From assembly GCA_022813965.1 (NCBI GenBank), contig JALDZS010000086.1:1-64000 (forward strand): a stretch of DNA of 64,000 bases. Reading direction: 5' to 3'. This document shows, one piece after another, positions 50,619 through 64,000 of this stretch. A program made the translations under genes and the position numbers. Position 1 is the first letter of the stretch. Each line of letters opens with the position of its first letter. The DNA comes from Toensbergia leucococca. Lineage: Eukaryota. The notes beneath the pieces were generated by a model. The model was not told where the DNA came from, made no database searches, and saw only the letters and a program-made list of their open reading frames with translations.

Positions 50619-53252
50619 ATGGCCTCTCCCCCGCCCTCCCCCTCCGCCTCCTCCACCCACCACCGCCATACGCCATCGAACCCCAGCCGCCTTTGGCAAG
50701 CCCACACCCCCGTTTCACCCGATCACGAGCTGCCTTTTTCAGGCGATGCGCTACGCTTGAGCGGGAGCCATGCCGGGGGCCATGGCGATGAGCATGGGCA
50801 CACCGCCGCCCCGATTGAAAGCGATGTGGAAGCTCACGGCTTGCATGTTGAAGGGCATGAGCATGACGATTATTTGCATGCCAAGTTTCTGGACTCGTAT
50901 AATCGGGGCCAGGGTTGCGGGCACCCGCATTGCCAACATGGGACCTTGTCACCCAGGGCAAGAACGTCGAGCAGTATCGATAGTAGCCTCCCGAGGTACG
51001 CAGGACAATTCATGGACGATTCGGGGGAGAACAGCAGTAATTCGCATGGCTACTTGGGCTCTGGGTTCCTGGATGGGCTACTGGGTGGCTGGACTGGGGG
51101 AAAGCTAAACACGACGCAGATTCTGGCGAGGAGGCATGGGGTGAGGAATCCGAGGGTCATGTACGTAGGCAGAAGGGTGGGCATGGGGGTTTCTTATTAC
51201 TCGAAAATCTTTTTTGGGCAAAGGGCTGATTTGCTGTGGTGATTCCGTACTGTAGGTACCTTGCCTATTACTTCCCTTTCTTTAATTGGATATCCCAATA
51301 CAGATGGTCCTATCTTCAGGGAGATTTGGTCGCCGCATTGACAATGGCGTCGTTCTACATACCTATGTCCCTCTCCTACGCCTCTAATCTCGGTCATATT
51401 CCTCCGATCAATGGCCTCTATTCTTTTGTCTTCAATCCCTTGATATACGCACTTCTTGGAAGTTGTCCACAGATGGTGGTCGGACCTGAAGCCGCTGGAT
51501 CTCTTCTCGTTGGCGAGGTTGTACGGTCGAGTATCGATAAGGATCATTCAAGTGATGCCGACCAGAGGATGCAGGCACGGATCGCTGGCGTTGTAACGGG
51601 GATGGCAGGAGCGGTCATCTTCGTGGCAGGTCTGACAAGGCTGGGGTTTCTCGACAGTGTGCTATCAAGACCTTTCTTGAGAGGATTTATTAGTGCAATT
51701 GGGTTCGTGATTCTAGTGAACATGCTAATCCCGGAGCTGGGCTTGGCAGAAAGGGCACAGGAAGTAGACGGAGTTTCTCATGGGAGCAGCGTGGATAAAT
51801 TAATGTTTTTGGCAAGGAATCTACAATACGCTCATGGATTGACCTGCGGAATCGCATTTGGGAGTTTTGCGATTATCATGATATTAAGGTATGGAGGCAG
51901 AGCATGGACAAACGTTAAATGATCGCTAACGGATCATCAAAGAGAAGTGAAACGACGGCTGCAGCCTCGATATCCTTCCGCGGCCTATGTTCCAGATCGG
52001 TTTCTTGTCGTGGTGCTATCGACAATATTCACCTGGAGGTTTGGCTGGGACAAGAAGGGTCTCGAGATCCTGGGGGATGTAGAGTCTAGCACTGGATCAC
52101 CGTTCCCATTCCAGTGGCCGTTGGTACCATCTCACATGAGACACGTGAGAGAAGCTATGAGTACCTCCTTCCTCATTGCTTTGCTTGGCTTTTTCGAATC
52201 TTCTGTTGCTGCGAAAAGTCTTGGAGGCGGCGAGGGGGCACACGGCGAGGGCATACAAGGTATGTCTTTGAGTGCCAATCGTGAGCTTGTAGCACTGGGG
52301 GTCGCAAATATCGTCGGCGGCTGCTTCATGGCTTTGCCGGCATTTGGCGGATATGGTCGGAGCAAAGTCAATGCAGCAACAGGTGGACAAACCCCAATGA
52401 GTAGTGTTTTCCTTGCTATTATCAGTATCATCTGTGTCTTGTTTCTTATGCCATATTTCTACTACTTGCCTGTGGGTCATCATCTCTCCATGACTCTTTC
52501 GAATGCTGACACGAGGACAGAAATCCGTTCTCTCATCCATGATATCTGTAGTTGCCTATTCGTTGGTCGAGGAAGCCCCGCACGATATCAAATTCTTCAT
52601 CCATATCCGTGGATGGTCCGAGCTCACTTTGATGATTTTGATCTTCGCATCTACGATCTTCTACTCCCTACCTCTGGGTATCGCTCTCGGTGCTGGTCTA
52701 TCGGTCCTGGCGGTAATTCGACACTCCACCAAGCCCCGGATCCAGATTTTAGGTAAAGTACCAGGGACGGAGAACCAATTCGAGAATGCGGAAGACAATC
52801 CACAGAGGTTGGAGTTCATCGAAGGATGCTTGATTGTCAAGATACCAGAGCCGCTTACGTTTGCGAACACGGGCGATCTGAAAAATCGACTGAGAAGATT
52901 AGAGCTTTATGGCACAACAACCGCACACCCAGCTCTTCCTCGGGTTCGGCCGGTAGAGCACAATCAGAATGTCATCTTTGACGTGCATGGAGTCACGGGA
53001 CTAGATGGATCGGGGACGCAGGTATTGACAGAAATTGTTGAAAGCTACGTTGCACGAGGGGCTCGGGTGTTCTTCTGTCGAGTACCAAACGAGAGAAGCT
53101 CGGTTTACAGGCTGTTTGAGAGAAGTGGAATAATTGAGAAATGTGGAGGACCAAAGAACTTTGTGAAGAGTGTGGATGAGGCGCTCAAGATGGCGGAGTT
53201 GGAGACATTGGAAGACTTCTATAGGGACAATCCTGAAGAAGGAGGTGCTTGA
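50619..53252 (+). CDS. SulP/SLC26 anion (sulfate) transporter with STAS domain, YPR003C-like
   Basis: GDLVAALTMAS, GPEAAGSLLVG, LSRPFLRGFISA, SANRELVALG, PAFGGYGRSKVN; STAS PEPLTFAN..DGSGTQVL. Three introns. Confidence 0.92.
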
Positions 53253-53741
53253 CGGTAAAGTTCTACTTGCTTTTCTTAGACAGAATTACTGGGAGGAGAC
53301 GCATAAGCATGGGATCGGAATGTTGCTGCATTGGATAGATGGCGCAGTCAAATTATGTCTCGCCAACAGTTCGGAGAAGAGACTCTGCAGCCTTGTTATT
53401 TCACAATTTTTTACACTTTAACTCTTCGCTGATTCCACTAGGCCTGGTGAAGAGGATTTGGCATCTGTTCACATATACCCCCTTTGGAGATATACTCTCT
53501 TATGCTAGCTGTCCATGTCTCCTCGCATGATGCAAAAAACTAGCTCTCAAGTATTCGGAACTTTTATGAACAGATGAAGTGTCTGGAAGTATTCCGAGGA
53601 TCAAAAGCCCTAACACGTTTTACCGAATAAGAAAGATGCCTCAAATATTCTCAGCAATTTTCAACCACAACAAAATACCGGAATCTCGCCTTTACCCTAC
53701 ATCCTACACACTGCACTACCACCATCTCTATAAATGCCATC

Positions 53742-55502
53742 ATGTATTTCCTCTTCTTTCTAATTCTCGTAACATGTGTTGTTCCCTCCTCGTTAGCTAC
53801 AGATTCGGTCCTACAACTCCTCGACGATGCACCGGTCTTGCATTTTACACTCTCTCGTCGCGGCGGCGTGTTTGCGACCGAAGATCCCGCCAATCAAACT
53901 GCTAACCTGACTTATTTGACCGAAGAGCTGTACAAGGCCGAGGCTAGGTTCAATCTTACGAGACGGGAGATGAAAGGGAACAAGTTGATTCGAAAGGCAA
54001 AGGAGAAGAATGTTGGGGGAAGAGACCAGGGAACATTGATGGGAGAGGTTGGTAAAGAGGGCGTATGGTATGCTTGAGTCCAAACTTTTAGAGTTCGAGG
54101 GAGGGCATGTTTGGAGCTGACCTTCGTTTGCTAGGTATGCAAAGGTTGGAGTCGGTAACCCACGACAAGAACTTGAGCTGGATCTCAACATGCTGGTTTC
54201 TGACTTCTATGTCATTACCACGTCGAGTCGGAAAGGGAGTCGCTACGATCCATTCTTCTCGCAATCAAACAGTAGCTTCCTACCACTTCGCCGAATTCTT
54301 ACATCGGCTAATCGTTCTATAACCAGTCAAATCCAGTGTTTATCCTTATCCAAGCTGCAACATTCCAACCGACTCATTCCACCTCCCCACCCTCAACGAC
54401 TCCGTCCCTCTCTCTTTCGCCCTCTGCCGCCCCTCCAAATCCTCCCTCGATACCCTTCGTGAGTCAGGCTGCAACCTAGGCCTCGCCCCCTCCGATCATC
54501 TTAGCCAAACAAAGTCACCAACTCTCCTAAACCAGCTCCTCGGGCAGGGTCTAGTCGAACGGCCGATAATGTCGCTGATGCTCATCAACTCAAAGGAAGG
54601 CGTGCTGAGCATTGGAGGGACTAGTGCGAGTGCTGTCGACTTGGTGCAAGAGCAAACAAGACTGGAATTAGATCAACTAGGAGCTTTGGAAACAGAAGGC
54701 TTGGCACCCGTTGAGTTTGAAACTGAATTTGGGACTGGGCTCGTGAAGCGTGGGTTGAGGAAGGGGGCTGAGGTTGTGAGTCGGCAGGCTAATTGGGAGG
54801 AGGGGTGGAAGTGGAGTAAAGTGCAAGGAGCAGAAGGCTGGTGGCAGATACTGATGCAGGGAGTCTGGGTCGAAGGCAGCAACGTGATCAGAAATCAACC
54901 AGTCGTCATTGATGTACGTTCACATTTTCTGTTCCAATTCCCTCTTTCCTAATACCAGTTCCCACACTTTCTCACCAATTTCACTCTAAACCAGATAAAC
55001 ACCCCCTTCATCCTTGCTCCTCCTGCCGCTACAAACACCCTCTACGCTTCCATCTCCGGCTCCCGTCCTCTCCCACCTCCCTACTCCCACTTCCACACCT
55101 TCCCCTGCCTCAATGCGCCCTCCCTCGCTTTTGAATTCGCAGGCTGGTCTTTCCCCGCCATGCGCGGTGCCAAAGGCGCAGACTGGAACGGCATGCCAGG
55201 CGGGAAGTTCAGTTTGGGGCGGCTGAGGGAGGGGAGTGGGTATTGTGTTGGAGCTGTTGTGGAAACAAGGATGGGGATGGGGATTTTGGAGGATGCGGGC
55301 GTGGGGGGAAATGGGTTGCGGGATGTTTGGGTGCTTGGGGAGAGGTTTTTCAGGGGCGTGGGGGCGGTGTTTGATGTGAGTTTTTGTCTTTTTCTTTCTT
55401 TCGTTTGTTGGGAGACTGGTTTCCTTTTTAGAAGACTTGGCTTGCTGACAGATGGGAATCTCGCAGTTCAAGGAGCAAAGGGTGGGTTTCCGCACCTACT
55501 GA
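53742..55502 (+). CDS. Secreted pepsin-like (peptidase A1 fold) protein with non-canonical catalytic motifs
   Basis: Signal peptide MYFLFFLILVTCVV, VGNPRQELELDLNMLVSDFYV, GVLSIGG, WWQILM, VVID|INTPFILAP, WVLGERFFRGVGAVFD|FKEQRVGFRTY*. Confidence 0.8.
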
Positions 55503-57036
55503 CGCCCGTCAAGACGAGGAAGTAGAAGACTAGCAGAACCGTTCGTCGCTGTTGCGCTTGCCTGGTCATATATCCTACCTTGCTTAATTATTGCCCAATC
55601 GATGCTCAACTTCTAACCCACGATACAGCCAGATCATTTAGAAAGGAGTCTGAACGAGAAGTTATAACAGCTTGCACTCAGACACAGAAACAGAATCAGG
55701 GATTCATTATTCTGATCCCCTCCCCCAAAAAAACCCTCTCATTCCAGCATTCATCTCATCTCATCTCATATCAAACATACCCGAACTTCTCTACCAAACC
55801 CCTTCACTACACCCCCTTCCCTACAATTCCATCCCACAATCCACAACCTCCCACCAAAAAGACCCACCCACCCTCCAGCCCAGTCCCCGGCCTCCCAACA
55901 TAAAAAACCAAAAACAGGCAATCCACACCGACCCCTCCTTCAATAACCCCAAAGAAAGAAATATCAGGAACCAAGCGACTCATTTTCTCACAATGTGGTT
56001 TCTGGCATCAATTTTTCCCTACAGAGAATCCTTTTCCTTTTCCTTTTCCTTTCCTATGTCTCGTTTAAAATTCCACCATTATCAACGGGAGTTTTTTAGT
56101 TAGAAAAAAAGAGAGATACCGCTAGTGCCGCCCTGGACAACTCCTTTCCATCTCTCAGTTAGTTACCTAGTTACCTTTGTTATTCTCGCTCAATCATATA
56201 TTCTATTCTTCTATTCTTTAATCTTTAATCTTCAATTTTGTTTTTCTTGGGGTAGATGCGGATGGGAGGGGCGGATTTCAAGAAAAGGGAAAAAGAAAAA
56301 AAAAATGGGAAAGAAAAGCAATAGTAGTAGTGGAGGGCCTTTCTGATATTTTGAGACGGGTTTCTTGGTGTGCTGGAGTGGGTTCGAGGTGGGGGGTGGG
56401 AAGTAGATATGTAGGCAGAGTGGCGGAGCCGGGGGGACAGGATGGAGAAAGCCGGCGGGGAGGGAAAGGTTGAGGATGGGTTGTATGTGTGACAGTGTGA
56501 GTGAAGGTAGATGATATGAGAACGAGGTGTGTGCCTTCTTTGCACTACTTAACTCTCTCCAAAATCCGAGAATCTCAAAAGTAACCTGTTTGTCCTTTAT
56601 TGATTTTTGTAATTTCTGTTGAACCTGCCTACTTACCTACCGGCCTCATCACCACCCCCGTTTTCTTAGAAAGAAAAAGGACAAAAGAAAAAGAGTACCA
56701 AAAAAAAGGTCATCATACAAACACGCAGCAACGAAAGGAAAATCCACTCATACTAGCAAACAAGTAGGCAAACGCTCTGATGGATATAGCTTGCATGAGA
56801 AAACGGGGGTATGCATGCTCATGTTTCAGAAAACAAAAGACCCTACACCGTCTAGACCCTTCCTCGCCCCAAGCTTTGCCTTTTCGTAGGACCCGACTAA
56901 TTGGATCTTTGTCTTGCATCTATTGAATCTCTTGATTCAAACCGCCATTGACGCCATTGCCAGACATCACGTCCCCGCCAACGAGCGTGAGTCTCAACAA
57001 CACACTTCAATCACATCTCTGCCACTCCATACTAGC

Positions 57037-58012
57037 CTACTGAGCCTTTTTCATCCCAGGCTGTTGTCCTCCAATGTACCTGTTGATATCCGTAGCATCA
57101 GTTGCCTGCCTCGCCAGTCCCTTGACTGTGTGCCAGCCCTGCCTCACGGCGGGAGGGGTGCTCTGCCCAGCAACCAAGGCGTCTACCCTGGCAACACCTT
57201 CGCCAATGGCTCCTTGCACAAAGCTACTCTGACTGTACCTCGATCGAATGAATACAGTATAGACTGCCAGTAAGATCCAGCTGAATTTGGTGAACAGAAT
57301 GGCGGACAAGAGTACACGGAACCAGAGGAGGATTTCCAGGCTGGCAACCAGAGTCATCGAGGCATCGTAGTATTCTTTGACGAATTTACCGATAGTGTCG
57401 GCGAGTGGGGAGGACTTTGTAGAGGGGCGCCCGCTGGGAGATGTACCTGTGGGGGTGGATTGGGTGGGGGGTTGTAAGGTAGGAATTAGGTTATTGCGGG
57501 TGTAGGTTGCGACGTGGAAGACGGAGTAGACCATGAAGGGGAGAAGAGCGAGTGGCATTTGGGGGGCGAAGAGCCAGACCAGTGCCATTGCTATAGAAGG
57601 TGTAAGTGATTTGAAAGAACATCGCTTTAAGGAGCAAGGAGTGAACGGACCTAGGTACTGCACATTCTCATCGCCAATCAAAGACAGTGGGCCACCTTGG
57701 TGGCGGCTTCCAGCACGTGCTCGAGCACGATAAGCCTTGTATACAACAATGCCATAGGTAGCTGCGGCAGCGACGAAAGCGGTGCGGTAAGAGTATCTAG
57801 CCCAGCGGGTATAGAAGTTGAAGGTGATGTAGGAGAGGCCATAACGAAAGGCACAAAGCAGGAGCATGACGTGTCCAACGAACCAGCCATACCTGTGAGC
57901 GTTAGTGAGAACGTTCTGATATTTCAAGGAGGGGAAGTACCGACTGCAATGTCTGGACAAGGTGCATCATGCGCTGGCCAAGAGGCATAGATGCGGAAGG
58001 TGGAGGTGCCAT
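57037..58012 (-). CDS. POM33: TMEM33-family ER/nuclear pore membrane protein (Pom33/Per33/Tts1)
   Basis: MAPPP..LVQTLQ, GWFVGHV, AAATYGIVVYK, DENVQYL, YSVFHVATY, FVKEYYDASM. Two introns. Confidence 0.9.
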
Positions 58013-58779
58013 GGTGAGATGGCGAGATGGGAAAGGAAATGCTACCACGTCTTTGGCTATCGACTATGTCCAAGGAGGATAGTGTAGAGCAATGTGATAA
58101 AAGCTGTTGTGTTGGTGCAATTACGGTAAGAGGTGCTGTGGAGTGTGGAAATGGAGGGAGTGAAGTTAGACAACTGGCCGCACTCATGTTTGTGAAGTTC
58201 CCTGGCTGGAAGCGAAGGACACTAGCTTCAATGGGACCAATGACGTTGTGTGTTCATGGAAACTTCACATGCCCTCGTGCCCACAAATCACCGTCTTGAC
58301 AACCAGATCACTGTCTCTACAACATTAGAATAGTACTGCTGTCATTGAAAATATGTTTGGATCATGAATCTTAGATATACCACTACTACACTTGTAAATG
58401 TGTTGCTTGAGTATCTCAGGGTATTAATTGATGGATCATAAGCACTACAACTACGGATAGCATGTGATGACAACCTGGTCCAACCCTTAACCCTCACCTT
58501 TCACAAGCTATCTCTTTATCATTTTGAAACTGAAGACACCGGCCGCTCGTAAGAAATACAATTTTGGAAGCATCCCGAGAACCTGCATCCGTCCAGCCTC
58601 GTACATTAGATTCTCCACAATAACCGGGCCTGCAAGAATTGAGAAAGAACACGAACTTGGGAATCGAATCGTATCAAACAACAAAAGAATCGCTTCGAAT
58701 TGCAATCGACGCCGGGTGGATCCTGATGGCCAATGTCGCTCAGTTACCAGACGCCTTCTCATCCTCCACATGAGATTAC

Positions 58780-60549
58780 TCAGCGGAGCGAAAACCCCTT
58801 TCTCTTTCCCTTCTCCTCTATTGGTCTTCCTGTTTCCACACGCTGCTTTTTTTCTTCCAGCTCGATTCGTTGTCTCTCGAGCTGCTCCTTCATCTCACGA
58901 TGCCGAGCATACAATTCCTCTTCGCTCTGCTTCAACTTGCTTTCCTTTTCAGCCACTTTTTGTTGGAAAACCGTCTTCATCTCCGACTCCATCTTCTGCA
59001 ACTTTTGTTCGTGGAGAGTACGTTCCTCTTCCTGCTTGACGGCTGGATTTACCTCCTTGAATACACTCGGGTCTTGCGCCACACCCATCACCGTCAGCTT
59101 ATCTGACCGCCAATTTTCGTAGAGGGCATTGTTTGTGTGCTCCTTGAGCTCCTCCATGTGCGTGCGGATTAACATCTGTCGTAGCTTGACAAAGTCGCAA
59201 TGCTCCTCATTGTCTACTTCGATGACACCCCAAGGGTAGTGACGCCCACGCACTTTACGACCTTCTGGACTGGTCACTTCAGTGTTGGCTCCTACGACTG
59301 CAAATGGAACCTTGGACATGATCTCTTGGTTTTCGGCAATAGTCTCGTCATCATCTAACTCATAGCGGGGGCCTTCGAAGATCTGAATAGAGTGGTAGTG
59401 AATGTCCGTCAAGATCTGATTTTGTCAGCGCACGAAATACTTAGTTTGTGATATTGTCTTACTCTCTGCTTAAACATCATAATCTCCTCATCTGTCAAAG
59501 TATCTGCTTTGGCGATGACTGGGATCAAGTTGACTTTGGTGTGTAATCGACGCATGACCTCAATGTCAAGAGGCTTGAGCGAATGGCCAGTTGGTTGGAT
59601 GAAGTATACGCATGCGTGTACTCGATTATCCACAATGTTCATTCGGTTGACTTTGTTCTCGGCCTCGAGATAGGCATCGAAGCGCAACTCGATGTTCTCG
59701 ACAATGGGACGCCATGATTCGTCATTGTTGACAAAGTCACCGAAGCCTGGAGTATCCACAACTGTAAGACGTAGGCGAACACCATTTTCTTCTATGTCCG
59801 CACTGATCGATTGGATTGATACAGTTTTGGGGATAATGTCTAGACTAGGTCCTTTTCGCTCTTTGGGGGGGTATAAGGAAGTGTTAAACAGAGTATTGAC
59901 GAGAGTAGATTTCCCAAGACCGGATTCGCCTGCATAGAATTAGCGTGTGAGCTATCCCTGCTGTTAGACGATGACCAAATACTTACCGACCACCATGACG
60001 TTGAAATTGAAGCCCTTCCGAACACTCTTACGATGCCATTGGTTGGGTAGGTTGGCAAATCCAACATATCCCGTCAACTTTCTTCGTACGACATTTCTCA
60101 TGTCGCTAGCAGCTTGAGCTGCAGCCTTAGGATCTTTTGAACTGACAGTCTGATTGACGGTTTGCCCAGTTGGACCCATTGGATTGCTTCGCTCAACATA
60201 AGGTGATATGGGCTTGCCATTGGGTACTGGAGGTCCTTGAGAGCCTTGTGAAGCTAAGGAAGGCTTCAAAGGTGCAGCTGGCAACGGTCCATTTGTAGCT
60301 GAATATGGAAAACATGTTAGCTGTCGTAAACTTTTCGATAGCCTCTTGAACAATTGAGCACTTGGTAGACCCTCATGAGACCTGCGGCCTTCATGGCGCC
60401 AAGGAATAGAGATTGCAATATGGCCAGCATCCTCTTTGTCTTGAGACATGTCTTGCAGCCTCTTGCTTGAAATGCACAAAGGATAGGTGGAAACGACGCG
60501 TATCTGATTCACTGTAGATTACAGTATCGGATGAAAATTACTCACCCAT
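58780..60549 (-). CDS. CDC3: Septin Cdc3/AspB
   Basis: [60 protein letters not shown], coiled-coil tail ending RKGFSLR. Predicted 4-nt first coding exon ATGG followed by intron 60299-60545. Confidence 0.95.
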
Positions 60550-61651
60550 AGTGGTAAACTTGCTGAAGCTTGACGAGTGAGGTATGTTGCAGTGAGGGTG
60601 AGCCTAAAGATTGTGCCTTCCAAAATCAGTGACAGTCGTACGATTGCGCACGGGCTTTGTTGAATGACAAACTTCAAGTCGAGTTTCGCATTGAGGTTCT
60701 TACCTGTAATCTGTAGCCTTTAGGGTGGTGTGCGTTTCAGACCACCATGTATACTTCAATGACCCGCGTAGACAGTGAATGGCTTGAATAGGGGCAGGTA
60801 CAGCGCAGCTTGTTCGTGTCTAGACGTTGTCGACGACGTGGACGTTGCGGGTGTCGACTGTCAAAAGGGGTTTGGTGTTCATAGAATTACGGTAAGGAAT
60901 GTTGTGCAGGGATTTGAGATTGGTTGGCGATAGGTATTAGGTACGAGTACCCTTGCTGCACGTGCAATCTAGCTGATACGTAGCACGCTAATTTTCCTTG
61001 ATGTTTTTTTATCTAGATAGGTACCAAGGTATTCCTCAAGTCATGTATTAAAGTACACGATATCTCTTGAGATTTGCTGTGGATGAAAATGAAGGCACCG
61101 ATTTTACCTTTTCGGAGGTTTTTCCATGATCTCGGCTCGAAGATATTTGCCGAGGAAGGTTTGGGGTTACATATTTTTGGATTCCTATGCCTCATTTGTA
61201 TCTTGATTCTGTCTCAAAATGAGGCATCAACAATTTGATCCGACTCATTTTCCAGCTTCGACGCTACTAAGTTTTGTTACTCTCTCATTCTTGGTCTTAT
61301 TGCCAAAAGCTGGGTTTGGAAGTTACTTATGGTCCTCAATAGTAGTCAAATACAGTCACTCTCCCTTTCTTCTATAACTTGAGAGACGTCTAGACTATGT
61401 ATAGCCAGGATGTAAAGACCTGTGTCTTGGATATTACATGCTGTAGATCCATGTCATACGGCACGTTGCATATCAATGCCTGCGTGCAATCAATAAATGG
61501 CAGACGCCCTGTTGACCGTTAACTCCTCGCTAAGAAGCAGCCTCGTACAAAAATTCCCATCCACGTATGATCCGATACCCTGTCTCTCAAAAGTGCTAAT
61601 CTCGGAGAAGCATGCCAATTGCAACAAGAGATTTTCCCACTGCATCTGCTG

Positions 61652-62559
61652 CTACCGCAGATAATGTATGACCAACCAACAGAACCCGAAGAAGGCCACT
61701 ACACATCCCCAAAATATCCACTTATCTTGCTTTGCTCTTCTCTCGACCATTCGGATCGTATCCCCGCTTATTCCAAGCGTATTCGCAACACTATACAATC
61801 GTTTTTGTGTGCCCTTTAAGATATCATTCTGCTGTCCCAAATCACCCAAGACCGCTCGACCGCGCTCGATAAATTCGTCTAATTGTGTATTTGTGGAGGA
61901 CATGAATGTCTGTTCGCGTAGGGCATGCGTTTCTCGTGTATGTGAAGATGGGGATGCGCCAAAGGAAAGGGACTGAGAAGGGGCAAAAGGAGAGCTCATC
62001 GGGGAAAGGGAGGATTGGGCGTATGGATTCTCAGGAGTCGAGGTATGGTGAGGGCGGCGGCCGAGAAGTTCGGTGCGATTTTGATGGGTTTGCTGTTGAG
62101 GTCCAAGACGAAATCAATTTTTCTACTTTGGGATAGAGGAATGAATACCAGGGGGCTTTACACTTTCTTCGCGGTCTTTCTTAAGGCGGTCGAAAGACTC
62201 GCGATAGTCCTGGATTTCGGATCGAAAATTCTTGATGCGTTCATGGGCTTTTTCTTGTTTGGTAGCGATGAGCTCCTTTTTAGCCATCTCATTGTAGTCG
62301 TCTATTGTTCGTGATAGGGAAGTGAGGGATGCGGAGATTTGGCCTGAGGTTATGTTAGTGCCTTCAAAAGTAGTAAAGCGGTCGCAATTCAGAGCCGACC
62401 TTGCAAAGCAGGGGACGAGGTGCCCACTTCGGCGAAGGCATCGAGGTCTCGCCGGACTGACGAAGATTGTTTGAGGGCGGAATTGAAAAGAGAATTCTAT
62501 TAGACATGGTCATTGGTCAGGGACTTGGGAGGGAATGTGGAGAGAGGCTTGCAAACCAT
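61652..62559 (-). CDS. BOS1: ER-Golgi Qb-SNARE Bos1/membrin
   Basis: ATG, intron, then NSLFNSALKQSS. SNARE motif LDEFIERGRAVLGDLGQQ..SVANTLGISGDTIRMVERRAKQDKWIFW and a C-terminal TM helix. Confidence 0.92.
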
Positions 62560-63334
62560 GGTAGAGATTAAAGGAATAAAGATTGATTGATTGAAACGAC
62601 AGGCTGCATCCACTGGTGCACAGATAAATTAAGTTGGTGACGACGGGCTTTCAGATGTTCCATACGTGGCTACTCGTACCACCCACGCCTTTCTTACTCC
62701 AGTAGAATAGCCGGCTCGAGCTTCGTTCGGACCCTCGGACCATGCACGACATAAATGTAGAACAATGGCCGATGACCGACACTCCCGATGGCTTGAAAGC
62801 TTCTTGATCGAGGGTCACGTTGCGAAACTCTATCCATTGTCCAAGTAATCGGCACAGCTTTTGACCTCTGGCCGAAAGAATGTTCTTTTGCCAGATCAAG
62901 CTTCTACATGTTGATGACGATGTTGCCTGGTTCAATGAGCTTGCCTTGCTTGAGTACAAGCAGGTACTTGCTATAAAGTGCTTTGTTGGCCGCCTCTGTG
63001 GACGAAAAGTAATGGCAATATTTTGTTGCTAATATTCATTCTCACGTCCACAATTATCCTCTTTCGTTCTCATGAAGCATTTCGTACTGAGGTACATATT
63101 TCACATTCCCTGTTATCCTTTACCTTCTGCCATCCGCACTTTTTTCTTCTTTGACGACGAAGGGTCTCATCTATCTTCAAAGTGACCGTCAAGCTCCCTT
63201 TAATGCTTTCCAACTACGGATACTCCATCATAAAACTCTGTCCTTGATACACTCACCTCTCGCCACTTGGGGTGGTACTTCTGGTGTATCTGTGGAAATT
63301 CCCAGTCTCCACCGACCTCTACTACTTCGTCACG

Positions 63335-63709
63335 ATGCACCCATCCATGACAACGAGCTACCTCCTCCCCGCCATATTCTTCAATCCGGTCCTCTTTCTC
63401 CATACCCTCAACACAATTCTATCACGTATACTACCACCCATTGTCGCCCCTAGCGGCATACAACCGCCTCCTTACTCGGATCTTGGCCCTTCAGCGCAGC
63501 ACCCGCACATCGACGTCCACGCTTCAGAGAACCTATGCTGGATTTACACTGCGCTGATGGTATGCATGCAAATCGTGGTCTTCGGAAAAGTCGTTAGGTG
63601 TAGAGAGGAGAGAAGGGAGAAGAACAGAAAGGAAAAATTTGGGCTAGCGAAAATAAAGGCAGGCCCCGATAGAAACGGGAAACGAGCACATGAAGGGAAA
63701 GCTTCTTGA
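63335..63709 (+). CDS. Small hypothetical membrane protein
   Basis: MHPSMTTSYLLPAIFFNPVLFLHTLNT..LCWIYTALMVCMQIVVFG: two hydrophobic segments followed by a basic tail. Confidence 0.55.
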   Translation: MHPSMTTSYLLPAIFFNPVLFLHTLNTILSRILPPIVAPSGIQPPPYSDLGPSAQHPHIDVHASENLCWIYTALMVCMQIVVFGKVVRCREERREKNRKEKFGLAKIKAGPDRNGKRAHEGKAS

Positions 63710-64000
63710 GTGCTCATGGAATATACAACGGTAATGCTGCAAGATCGGCAACGCCTGGATTCAAGCACCAAGGCTCGAAATATACCGTGGAGGGGCCAAT
63801 CCTCGAGCCATTATCCTCGGGTTCTACGGTCGGATAGCATCGAGGGACTTGAAGATAAGAGGACCAAACGGTGCAGATATAGGGGAGGGTATGGATTTTG
63901 CTCTCTACTTTTCCAAGCCTCTTATGCAAGCAGCTTACAAGATTAGCCGAATTTGCGGTGCCATAAGGTAGCATTGAATACGGGCGAGATATTGTGTGGC

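Overview
Intron-containing genomic DNA from a filamentous ascomycete (Pezizomycotina). The orphan secreted-type protein and the strong C/G-skewed tracts hint at a lichen-forming Lecanoromycete, but that is inference only. About 22 protein-coding genes can be supported. Conserved genes occupy 2.4-31 kb: RSL1D1/CIC1-like, MYND-MM3350, Tos4-like FHA, nitrate reductase niaD and nitrite reductase niiA in tandem, CENP-L/Fta1, Hsp88/Sse1, class VI chitin synthase and UPF2/NMD2. A second conserved block runs 45.5-64 kb: Zn2Cys6 TF, DUF2306, SulP/STAS transporter, degenerate pepsin-like protein, POM33/TMEM33, septin CDC3/AspB and BOS1. Between them is an accessory island (about 31-45 kb). It holds a small coiled-coil orphan, a Cys-rich two-domain protein, two tandem retropepsin-like genes and a divergently oriented DUF6594 membrane protein. 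It also contains a triplicated ~31-bp CCG-N11-CCG element, a ~600-bp decayed foldback element and CpG-decayed pseudogene relics. The best candidate for an undescribed system is the retropepsin pair plus DUF6594 locus. No rRNA, tRNA or CRISPR could be supported. Exon boundaries and family assignments were read by eye, without database searches.
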